DNA from: Squalus acanthias
Taxonomy: Eukaryota
Assembly: GCA_030390025.1 (NCBI GenBank)
Contig: CM059430.1
Span: 62,186,001-62,250,000, forward strand
Length of the DNA: 64,000 nt
Direction: 5' to 3'
Part shown: positions 25,666-36,934 of the stretch, piece after piece
Layout: the number at the start of each line of letters is the position of its first letter
Position numbering within the stretch: position 1 is the first letter of the stretch
Notes under the pieces: model-generated
What the model saw: the letters and a program-made list of their open reading frames with translations, nothing else
What the model was told of the DNA's origin: nothing
Database searches by the model: none
Translations under genes and position numbers: made by a program

Positions 25666-26964
25666 TTTAAGATAGAGACAGCGAAAAAAAATATTTTTTC
25701 CCCTATTGAGTCTGTCAAGACGATTGCCTTTCTCAATGATATATTAACTTTCATTTTTTTATCTACCAATATTAATAATTTGGGTTGGATACTTTTTCAC
25801 TGGGTATGCACAGAGACTATAATTTAGTGTGTATGTGCGTGCGTGGACACTTATGTACGCACGCGTGCATGTTGGTCTGTTTACTTGTTTCTATTTGTAT
25901 TCTTTAACATTTCAATCGTCTTGAATATATTCAAAGGCAGCGTGTTGTAAAGGGAATGTGCATTCTTCTAACCTATCCATTATGCCTTCAGTGTTATACA
26001 GGGATTACCTATACACTGACTGCTGTCTTCAGACAATGTATACTGTTAAACTGCTGCTTGAAGGCAGCCAGGGAGCACGAATTTTACATGAAAGTTCTCC
26101 TACAGTGACATCATAATTACCCATTACCCTGTGTCCTGCTCATACTCCGGATGGACTGGAGCGGCAAGATATCCCACAAGAAATTATTTACGAAATACAG
26201 TCCATGGGCGCGTATAACCTGCAATCCTAAGGTGTATTGCACCCTGACAAGGGACAATTTTAATTAGCAGCACTCCTCTTAAAATTGTCACAATTAAAAG
26301 GCGATTGAATAAAATTTGCATCACTTTAACCAAATACTTTTGACATTTTAGACAGTTGTCCACAACTTACATATTGGCAGCCCATTTGATCAATATTACA
26401 GGATTGCTGTACATTAAATTAAGTTATATGTCAGGGGTATAGACAATATTACTGTACTGAAACTTGTGTGCAGATGAATAAAGGAAACGCTCGAAAATCT
26501 ATTGCGGAATACAAGTGTACACTTAGCATAATAAAGGAAATGAGGAGAAAAGAAACGATTCAGCCGCCTGAAGGTGACGCGATTACGGATTCCAGTTGAT
26601 AGTGGGGTTAGAAAAGGTTACAAGGGAAACTATCAAATAAAATCTCCGTTTAATGTGAACGTTGTCTGTTCCTGCAATTACACCGAACAATGAGGCGTAA
26701 TAACTGTTGCTATGCAACACTCGGTACGTTTTCAGAGTTTGACTTATTAACAGCTAAATTTAGAACTTGAGCTGCTGCAGCGGAGTCGAGCTAATGACCC
26801 ATGTTCTTGATTTAGCTTTAGAAACGCATGCGACGTTGTCAAGATTTAGCAACACCTGTTAGTATAGCAAAAATCCTGGGGTTTTAAAAGAGGTGGCTAC
26901 AGAGATAGTGGATGCATTGGTTTTGATCTTCCAGAACTCCTTAGATTCAAAATAGTTTTCTAGA

Positions 26965-27900
26965 TCAGGAGTAGGCCATTCTGCCATTCTAACCTGCCCC
27001 GTCATTCAATAAGATCATGGCTGATCTTCTACCTGAATTCCACTTTCCCGCACTTTCTCCATATCCCTTGGTTTCCTTAGTATCCAAAAATCTATCGATC
27101 TCTGTCTTGAATGTACTCAACGACTGAGCCGCCACAGCTCTCTGGGGTAGAGAATTCCAAAGATTTACAACTCTTTGATTGATGAAATGTTTCCTTCTCT
27201 CAGTCCTAAATGGCCAACCGCTTAGTCTGAGACTGTGACCCCTAGTTATAGATTCCCCAACCAGAGGAAACATCTTCGGAGCATCTACCCTGTCAAGCCC
27301 TTTAATAATTGTATATGTTTCAATTAGATCACCTCTGATTCTTCTAAACTCTAGAGAATATAGGCCTAGTCTACTTAATCTGTCATCATAGGAAAGTCCA
27401 CTCATCCCAGGAATCAATCTAGTGAATCTTCGTTGCACTCTCTCTAAGGTAAGTACATTCTACCTTAGGTACGGAGACCACAACTGTACACAGTGGTGTG
27501 ATCTCACCAAGGCCTACATAATTGTAGTAAGACTTATTTACTCTTATACTCCAATCCCTTATTAATAAAGACTAGCATATCATGTGCCACCCTAATTGCA
27601 CGTTGTACCTGCATGTTAACTTTCTGTGATTCGTGTACAAGATCACCCAGGTCTCTCTGAATATCAACATTTCCTAGTATTTCACCATTTAAAAAATATT
27701 CTGCTTTTCGAAATAGTTGAGGCCCAAGCCTCAAGGCACCTCATTAGTTACACCATGCCAACCCGAAAATGAGCCATTTATTCCCACTCTGTTTTCTGTC
27801 CGTTAACCAATCCTTAATCCATGTTAATATATTACCCCCAATCTCATGAGCCCTAATTTTGTGTAAAAACCTCTTGTGTGGCACCTTATCGAATGCTTTT
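26965..27900 (-). mobile_element. CR1 LINE 3' fragment
   Basis: QRRFTRLIPG...VVNLWNSLPQ. Confidence 0.85.
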
Positions 27901-27904
27901 TCAC

Positions 27905-28850
27905 AGGTGCCTGAGTATGGTGCTGTTTTTATTTACTACACACATAAATTATCTGTCCGTGAGAATTGAGGGATTCATTTCTAATGTTGTAGATAACACC
28001 TATTGGGAAAAGAAGGATGGAGAATTAGGATCGAGCATGTGGAATCCTGCAGGGGAACACTGATAGTCATCGCTGGATGGGCAATTAAACAACAGATGTA
28101 GAAGGCAGAGAAAGTTATAGTAATACATTTTGGAGAAAAAAGCGGAGAAACTAAACAATCCTTGAATAGTTGGATTTGAAATGGTGCAGAGGAGCAGTAA
28201 ACTTTGCGTGCGGATGCACAAGTCGTTAATGGTGATGCAATAAATGGCCGAACACAGTCCTTTTAGTTTTTGTCTAGCGGCATGAAATATAAAAATCTAG
28301 AGGTAATGTTGCACTTGACATTAGTTAGACTCTAATTGATGTGTTTTGGTATGATCATCCCATTACAAGAAGGATAGAGAAAGCATGGAAGGCGTGCAGC
28401 ATAGATTAACTGCTATGTTACCAGGAATGTGGGGTTAAAGTTATGGAGAGACTTGAAAAGCTGGGGCGTTCATCAACGCAACTGAGAAGATTAAGGGGTG
28501 CGCATGTAGTGGTTTTCAAGTTTGTGAAGGATTGTTGAATTATTACTACTGGCCGGTGGACGGTAACAAGTGGGCGCCAAGTTCACATAATCGCAAAATG
28601 GAGATGCAAAATACTCTTTACATAGACCATAGTAGAGTGTGCGGATTTTGAGTTGTCTGCCGTATTCCGTTGTTGAAGCAGATCATCTTTTTCATTGGGA
28701 AGGAGTTGCATGAAAAAGTGTAAAATGTAAGATTGTGAAGGGCGAAGAGGAGTATAGAATTAACTATATGGTTCAAGTGGAGAAAAACAATGTTGCAGAC
28801 TCTATGAGCCGAATAACCGGTTTCTATTCTCTAACATTCTAGGATTCTAA
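27905..28850 (+). mobile_element. Old degenerate CR1 fragment (paralogous remnant at ~57000-57450)
   Basis: Degenerate RT C-terminal sequence ending TTCTAGGATTCTAAA, also present next to gene C. Confidence 0.55.
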
Positions 28851-29968
28851 AATACTTGGTACTGTGTCTATGCTCCTGCTTGATAATGCAGACAGTCAAC
28901 CAACCATGATAGTTGCACGAAGCAAGAGGCAACTAATTCACTTCTTCTTGTATGGTTTTTAGATTCGGAGTCAAACACTTAGTCACTGGAACTGCTGAGC
29001 TACCATTCTTCTAGTATCAGTTGCACAATGTTCTAATCCTGTAATTTAGTTGATCTACTTCCCAAATACATCTCAATTTAACATTTTAAACCACGAGTTA
29101 TCCTTTCCTGATGCGGGAACCACTCTAAAAGGAGTGAGTGTTTGCAGTTCAATTCCCTTCTTCATTTAGGCTTGCTAAAGTCGAACCTCTATTGCATGTT
29201 AAGGGTGTAAATCAAACAGCCTGCTTATATCTCCCTTGACGAGGCCTCGCAACATTTTAAATACCTAGATCGTGGTTCATTCAATCTTTTCTACAACGAA
29301 AGAAATTGGCAGCCGTCACAAAGTTCAGGCAAGAGTGTCTCTTGTACCGTCAATCGTAAGTTGAGTTCAGAGAGTTTATGGATGAAGCCAGGGATTGAAA
29401 CTTCCTGTCCTCCACTCCAAGAGCATGGTCTGGAATAGGAGTTGACTACAGTGACACAAACCCTGAAGTCAGCACCCATTTTCTCAGTTTTGTTCCCAGA
29501 AGTAATTATCATATGTGTTATCGTTGAATTTTAAACGGGAGATGTAAGACATCCATTTGTATACATGGTGATAAATATTTACAGCATGTCAGTTAGCCTA
29601 TCATTCTAATTGAAATAGTATAGGATCGTCATATATTAAATAATACCGATTTAACTTGAAAATTATTTTTATTACAAGCATTTATATTTCTGTCTAATAA
29701 TCTCCAAATAATGAAACAATTAGCATATCTGCATTATATACTATGATACTAGAATGTATTACATCTTGGGGATTGGAGAACACGGATATACCTGCAGATG
29801 GAGATAATTAACACTTTCACTGCTTGGGCGGTAAACTACCCCGTCAGATCTTCGGCCCTTTATAGAAACCGCCAGGTTTTATTCTCCATTGAAATCAGTG
29901 AGTTGATATGGCTGCGGGATGAATCAATATACAACAATAAACTGATTAATGTGTCCAAGATTGTATCT

Positions 29969-30142
29969 CTATTTCGTTCTTGCATCTGTGTAGACGGCCT
30001 CTGTTACTCTTCTTGGAGTTTTCGTCTGTATCTCGGCATATTCTGCGCTCATTTTATTATTTTTAGATTTTCCCGCTTTCTCGGGGCCAGACAATTCTAG
30101 AGTCGCGTACGTCACCTTGTCCCGGGCTGTCCCTTGTTTTAT
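29969..30142 (-). CDS. Gene B terminal exon (ITIM VTYATL and AEYAEI)
   Basis: TTTTCAG| IKQGTARDKVTYATLELSGPEKAGKSKNNKMSAEYAEIQTKTPRRVTEAVYTDARTK*. Confidence 0.85.
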   Translation of the reverse strand: MKQGTARDKVTYATLELSGPEKAGKSKNNKMSAEYAEIQTKTPRRVTEAVYTDARTK

Positions 30143-33100
30143 CTGAAAAGCCAATGTTTGGAAATATTGTTGATTGATCGTTTTACCAGTTTCTGGTTTG
30201 CTGCTCAAGGCAGCCGGCAGAATAACACACAAAACGTTTTAGATACAACACACGGTGAAAGTCAGAACAGCCCCAAATACTCCGCTATTAGATTTATTTT
30301 AGTCCTCCACATGTGATCTGCGTTTCTCTTATCTGCTTCTCAGCCCCACCTGAGCATACGCTGAGCTCTCCTCTTCACGTTTAAATCTTGGAGTTTTCCT
30401 GGCTTTGCTCAAGTCTACTGCAGCATAAGCCACGATCTCGTCATTGGCTCCCTGCATGGGCCAGAAAGAAAATGTATTGTTATGTGGCTAGTTCATTGCC
30501 CTCACAAATTTACAAACTGCTGACCAAACAATAAACAGAATGACCTGGGCTACAAATAAAATGCAGAAACCACAGCTAATATATTTAAAGATGTGCGAAT
30601 ATTAAGGCCGGTAAATAGTGTGCCCATTGTAACTTACATTTCAACCTGTCGATTTTCAGTACAATACAGTGATACAGATATGTTTAAACAAGAGGTAGTT
30701 TCAGCATCATATCAGATTCCAGAAGCAACGTTTAGATGGATGTACACATAACGAATACCTAGTTATATGTTGAATGAAGCTACGGATTTCATTTTTCTCT
30801 TTCGTTAATCACTTACATCTGCATCGCAACAAGTGTGAAAACACGATTTGAATGACCCATCAAAGAGGGACAAATACTTTTGTGAAATAGATTTTGATGA
30901 AATATCCCCATCATAAGAATATTTATTTACACTGGAACACTATTCCTGGATAAATTATATGAACCTACCAGCTCTTCATGAGGGTCTAGTATTGTTATAC
31001 TTTCCTGTTTACCTGCAAATTAATGGAATTTAATTACATTCAATGATGAAAATGTTTATTCAGTTTCCATGTTTGCACTTTCAAAAGTATTTTGCAGTCA
31101 ATGAACCGCTTAACATGACTTTAGATATATAGGTTGACAGAGCAATGGCAGCTCTAATTCAACGCAGTGAAGAGTAGAGCGCTACAGCTAGGAAGAAAAA
31201 ATAAACTACACATGTACTTCATGGATTGTATTCAAATAGCTAAAGATGGAACTGAAAGAGACCTAGGGGTTTAGTAGACTGGACGCTAAACTTGACCATC
31301 CAATGCATAGCAGCAATGGACAAAGCCAATAGGCTGATGAACGACATAGGCAAAGCAGTAGAATGAAAGTCAGAGGAGGGCACGATCAAACTGTATAGTG
31401 CTCTTGTCACACGGACCATTGAATAATGTGACCAATTTAGGTCACTAATGGTCAAGCGCTAGTGCCAGTGCAGAGATGAGCCACCAGGCTGGTTTCCCAG
31501 GGTCAGGGGACTGAGCTATGAGGACACTCTGAATAAACGTGATCTTTTAGACTGGAAAGGAGGCGTCTCAGCTATGATCTTATGGAAACATATAAGATAG
31601 CTAAGCGTATAGAAAATGTTAATCCTCAGTTTTATTTCATTGATTCTCAGGACGTTGGTGTCGCTGACAAGGGCAGCATTTATTGTCCATCTTTAGTTGC
31701 CCTTAATTACAGACAACCGAACGGTATACAAGATCACTTCAGAGGGCAGTTAAGTGTTAACCATATTGGTATGTAACTGATGTGACATATAGGCCAGATC
31801 GGGTAAAAATGGCAAGTTTCCGTTTCTAAAGGACATTAATGAATTCCTTAGCATTTTATGACAACCCGACAGCCTCATAGTCACTTGTCTTTTACTGATA
31901 CCAGCTTTTTATTTCCACAATTTTTAAACTGCATCTAAACTCTCACAATGCCTTGGATGGGTTTACCCACCTTCTCGGGATTACAAAACCAGACCTTTGG
32001 ATTACCAGTTCAGTAACATAAGCACTACACTACCGTACCCGTTTAGTATCAGATATTTAACTGCGAGGCCTGAACTCGGGGACACTGGTAAAAAAACTAG
32101 CAAATGAGAATTGTAGGCATGATGCCAGGAAATTCTTCTTTACAGAGTGATCAACATGAGGAACAAAGTTCCACATACAGAAAATGAGGCAAACGACCTG
32201 AGATCCCTTAGCAAACATCTGGATTCTACACTGGGGAAACAGTCCATCTGTCGTGATGGACCAAATGACCTTCCTCATCAGCAGTTATTTTCTGATATTA
32301 CATTTTCCGGGCTGTTTTGAAAATCCGAATCAATGTAGCCATCTACAGTCGTGTACACCGACTCGCAACTGGACACTGACCCCACTTTACCCAAACTCGT
32401 CACAGGCCCCCAAACTGATGAAACAATCGATCAAATTGCACTTATCATCTGCCACAAAGTGGAAATTTTCGTTGTTAAAATCCAGATGATCAGATCCTTT
32501 AGAGTCTCATTCTGTGATAATTCTTTCATTATAAGATGCTGAATTCAGCGCAATTTGCAACATGCGATTTCTGTTCCTGTAGCATCAGATATCATAACCT
32601 GAACCTTTAAGTAATAATCGCGCTGCTCTCCTGCAGTGCCGGCCATGACGCGCTCTCTATCCCTCTAAAGATTTGTATTCAATCAAACGATTAACGCAAT
32701 ACTTACCTTTATTCTTCAAACTGCATCTCGCCCCAATGATGATCATGAGCACCAGAAGCGCCAATCCACCCAGCGCACATCCAAGACCCCAGATATAACG
32801 ATATTTACCATCAGATTCTGGAAGAGTAAAAGGATACATACTGATTTCTAATTTGTGGCTGTCGTTACCTGAAAAGATACATCGGGATAATTTGTTGGCT
32901 AAACTGCTGCTCATATTTACAGCAACTACGCAGTATAGCAAGAGAAGATGTTCATTTTGAAAATAACCTTACTTTAGCTTTTTAGATTTGATATCAAAAG
33001 AAACTTCTCACAAAAGAGTGATACACGGCCGGAATAATCTGCGAGGGAGGCAATTAGTTTAGGGTGCTCTGAGTGTTAGTATTTAGGAGAGTTAGAATTC

Positions 33101-35800
33101 CAGATGAATAATTTTCGATGGACAGAAAGGCTTGTTCTTGTACTTGACTTTTATTTTGCTCTCAAACGATTGTTTGATGAAATCGCGGCAATTCAGTGAC
33201 ACGTGACTCGCTATTGCCGAAGGAAAAGGCGGATTGTATCAATTGGGTTTAAATGCAAATTCAATTCTCTGCAGTGTATTTACTGAAGTAAAATTGTCAC
33301 TGAATAAGAAAGGAAACTCGCACAAGGTTATTTGTTAATTACAGAAAAATAGGTGTTAATAAACCGACATCTTGCAACCAATTGCAGTGCAAACACATCT
33401 GGGTCACAGTCTGAATGAAATGTATGAAACGGGTTCCCGCTCCAAACCTCTTTATCACGGAGCGGTTGTGTTACGGCCAGTCCACATGCTAATTCCTGAC
33501 CAATTCTGAGTGAATTGCCCAACAGCGGCCGGAATCATGAGCCGCACTGGGAGACATGGGAGACCAGAAAAAAGAACTGCCGCTTCTAGTCCTGAAACTC
33601 ATGGAAGGAAAGCAGATAATGGGAAAGAATAAAATCAATCTAACAAGAGTACAAATTTGAATGTTTAATAATAAGCAAGAGATGTAAAATAATTGGATGG
33701 AAGAGCTACACCACCTGCTCATTTTTTTTTACAATTTGGAAGCTACGGAGTTTTAAAACGCAGTTTCTGGATGGAGGGCGATAATAAGACTCTCGGTTTT
33801 ACAACAGGTTCGGGTCAATAATTTTTTACATTGAAACATTGATTTTCTCTTTGCTTTGATATTTGCTGGGAGCTTTTTTCTATCTTCATGGTTATCAATA
33901 TAAAAAACTCTATGAAATAGCCTTTCAGAATATAACAGTAGTTGACCTCAGTTCTTGGCCTTTTGGCCTCGTACCTGGGTCGGAATTAGCAACTGTGTGG
34001 ATGGCAATGACGGGAGTACCGAGGGAGACATGAGATACCAAACAAATGTAAACAGCCCCATTCGGCACAGGCTGCGTCTCTTCCAAAGAGCTGGAAACTT
34101 CATACAGTCCCACAGTGTTCAGCCGTTTAGTGGAATTTATCCCAGTTGCGGTTTCGACGCCATTTTTATACCAAACGAGGGTTAATTCGCCCGGGTAAAA
34201 CTCCGCCGTTTCACACACAAGAGTCAGAGACGCAGCTGAATTGCTCTCGGGTGTCCTGGAGACAATCTTCACTGGAGTTGGGGCAGCTGCGGAACAGACC
34301 ATGGGGAAAATCAGGTTACTGGGGAGATAGTAAACATAAGATAAGTTTGTTAGTAACCCTAGGTCTGTCTGTCTGTCTCCCCAAGAGAGAAATTAATAAT
34401 CTGTCCATTACCGATAATAAAGCAGGGCCGAAGAGGATATCGGACAGCTCACACAGCCGAAGCATGAGAACGGCTGAGCGAAATTACTTTCCCTTCAACC
34501 TCAAAAGGCTGCAACAACAGTCTCTGGGCAATGTTTTATTTATTGGAGGCGAAAGAGCTGCAAAATTGCTGTTCGTGGTCCACTTTGTTGAGTGAATCCA
34601 TTGATCAGCAGTTAAATTAAACTGATCTGAAGTCCGCCACGCGAATCAGCCTGTCAGTATGTGAGCATTAATTTCATAAGAGAGACTGTTAAACCTCATT
34701 TACAGCGATAGGGACAAACAGAATATCTAAAATGGAGCAAGTAACGTGTATATGACGGGAGTGGGGCATTAACAGAAAAGATTTTCAGTCAGTTATCAAT
34801 ATATTTGGAATTTGGTCCCCAACTTCCATCATCAGAATTCCGATGTAAACATACATATTGAGATGAATCGAGTAACATGTTACTTGCGACAGGTCATCGA
34901 CCTGAAGCGTTGACTCTGCTCCTTTCTCCACAGCTGCTGCCTGAACTGCTGAGTATTTCCAACATTTTCTGTTTATATTTCAGATTTCCAACATCCGCAG
35001 CATTTTGACTGAGTAACATGTTAATTATTCTGGTTATTTTGATGGCATTTTACACAACTAAGCAAATGATATTGTGCCGTATAATTAGCAGTTGTGTGCA
35101 GAGTTTCAGTGTAAATGTCTTAATATAATTGTTTTATAATATCAAAGACGGTGCAATTAAACAATGACAAAACATCAATCTCGCTACATTTGATACAATT
35201 GGACGTTCCCGCTCACTCCGGTCACTTACCGCACACAGTTAGATGTGATCCTGTTCCATTTCCAATAATTCTTCCCTGACGGATCACTGCGCAGTGATAG
35301 ATTCCAGAGTCCTGGAAAGTCACGTTCAGTAACTCAAAGAAACCGCCTCCTTTTTTTTTCAGAACAAATCGTTTTCTGTTATCGGCTCCTGTTTGCAGAT
35401 ATTCATTCTCATCATGTTTCCACCAGCGCACTTCTACCCCTGAATTGTCATGAGAAAGGGGGATTACGCAATGGAAGGTTATGTCTGTCCCCCTTAATTT
35501 AATTACTTGTTCGGGAGTTTGAGACACGCTGATCGAAGTATGCGCAGCAGCTGTTGAAAATATATTCAAAGTTTGGTTAATTGTATTCTATGCGGAATAA
35601 AACACTTTAAAATGCATTTCTACAAGGAAATGAAAATGAGAAAGAAGAATACAGACGGACTAACTGTACCCATTCATTTTGTGTGGTATCTGCTTCAGAT
35701 TTTTTACCGCGACGGTTGGGATAGAGAATAAACAGTTACCTGTGTAAATGATCCCCGGGAGAAACAGGAAAAGGGAAGGAAACATCACAGTCGACAACAT
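29969..35800 (-). CDS. Gene B: SIRPalpha-like inhibitory VJ-C1 Ig-superfamily receptor (7 exons, 374 aa)
   Basis: Exons 35800-35740, 35550-35230, 34286-33975, 32817-32707, 31012-30969, 30451-30350, 30142-29969; all GT-AG and phase-compatible, sum 1125 nt with no internal stop. Tail motifs VAYAAV, SAYAQI, VTYATL, AEYAEI (plus AVYTDA). Confidence 0.9.
30350..30451 (-). CDS. Gene B second cytoplasmic exon (ITIM VAYAAV and start of SAYAQ/I)
   Basis: CAG| GANDEIVAYAAVDLSKARKTPRFKREEESSAYAQ |GTGGG; 102 nt. Confidence 0.82.
30969..31012 (-). CDS. Gene B first cytoplasmic exon
   Basis: TTTGCAG| GKQESITILDPHEEL |GTAGG; 44 nt, phase 1-0, needed to link the TM exon to the phase-0 ITIM exon. Confidence 0.75.
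32707..32817 (-). CDS. Gene B transmembrane exon (uncharged TM core)
   Basis: ESDGKYRYIWGLGCALGGLALLVLMIIIGARCSLKNK; CAG| and |GTAAGT; 111 nt. Confidence 0.9.
33975..34286 (-). CDS. Gene B Ig C1-set exon
   Basis: AAPTPVKIVS...LVCETAEFYPGELTLVWYKNG...VYICLVSHVSL; 312 nt, same length as the gene A C1 exon. Confidence 0.92.
34883..35010. mobile_element. Short dispersed repeat (Penelope-type) with 13-bp target duplication; hairpin-arranged relative at ~48870-49060
   Basis: GAGTAACATGTTA at 34870-34882 and 35011-35023; core GGTCATCGACCTGAA...GCTGCCTG...GCTGAG. Confidence 0.55.
35230..35550 (-). CDS. Gene B Ig V-set exon (VJ type)
   Basis: SVSQTP...TFHC...RWWK...DSGIYHCAV...IGNGTGSHLTVC; 321 nt, phase 1-1. 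Confidence 0.92.
35740..35800 (-). CDS. Gene B leader exon
   Basis: MLSTVMFPSLFLFLPGIIYT then phase-1 donor G|GTAACT. Confidence 0.8.
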
Positions 35801-35895
35801 TCCGAGCAAAAGATTCAACTGATCACTGACTGCACAGACCGTGTGTTTACCACTGAAAGGAGGGCTTGCTAATTGTTTAACCTGAAATGCGCCAT

Positions 35896-35920
35896 AGTGA
35901 CGTTTGACGTCCTGTGACTG
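35896..35920. promoter_or_regulatory. Conserved proximal promoter motif pair of gene B (CRE-like TGACGT twice)
   Basis: AGTGACGTTTGACGTCCTGTGACTG, positionally matched with gene A. Confidence 0.45.
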
Positions 35921-36934
35921 TTGGTTCACAAAGTAGCTTTCGTTTCTGAAGTGACATTTGATGACGGTTCTGCTCTTTGGCAGCCATCACGATCAACAAA
36001 GTATTAGAATAAAATATTGTCCGCATTTCAAATGGAGAATTTACCATCAATCGCTGAATTGGTTTAACTTAGTTTAAGATGTGAGATGTGCACATTCCTT
36101 GTAGTGAATTTCCTGAGGCAAATATTCTTGCACTTACCTTCGGTTGTACGCTACTGTTAACGTCACACAATATATTAGAAATGTAAAATCTGAACAAACT
36201 GGGAACATTTATCGATTTTTTATAATTAGTTCTTGAATAACAGCAGCAATATTTTATGAGAAAGGCTAAAGGTAAGAAAATAGCTGATTAAGCCAGCAGT
36301 TGTCTGTATGGAGAATGTTCTACTATAATTCGCTGCACATTCCACGGGATACTGGGGAGATCGTATTCATTGTGACCTGTTATATCTCGGGAGACCTGAT
36401 GTTATCCCGAACACAGTGACCTGAATCTGAACGGTGTCATAACGTTTGGATTATTTGTACATTATAATAACCATGTTGAACATTTAGGGAATAGGGAGTG
36501 ATGATCCCATTAGAGAGGTGCCGATATGTGCTTCGGGCCAGGGTATCTATGCAAATACAATTTTCTGCTTTCAGCGGGTTCTGACTAAAATAATTGGGGG
36601 AAGAAAATCGTTATTGCCCCGTTTGGGGCGCTAATTTTGAAATCGTGAAAAATTAGCTCCAGGCGCTAATGATTTTGAGATTTCCCTAAATTGGCTTTTA
36701 GCTCTCCATGAAAGAGCTGGAGCGCGAACTCAAGCGCTAATGACCTCAGTAGGGCGCTACAGGGGCGCTACCAGCAGTTCGATAATGAATTTCAGGTGCA
36801 GTACAATCGGGAATGATAGTTCACACTGGCTCCTTCCAGCTCTGAAAAGGGCGATTGCATCATTGTGCAGATTCTCATTATCAGCAGTGCTGGTTGTGAG
36901 GGCGAACTTCAAGCAAATCAATCCCCTGATCCTG

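Noticed and set aside
35283-35298. 16-bp palindrome ATCACTGCGCAGTGAT resembling an RSS heptamer at the YHC codons of gene B V
   Set aside because: No nonamer at 12 or 23 bp spacing, imperfect in gene A, and explained by the codons for YHCAVI.
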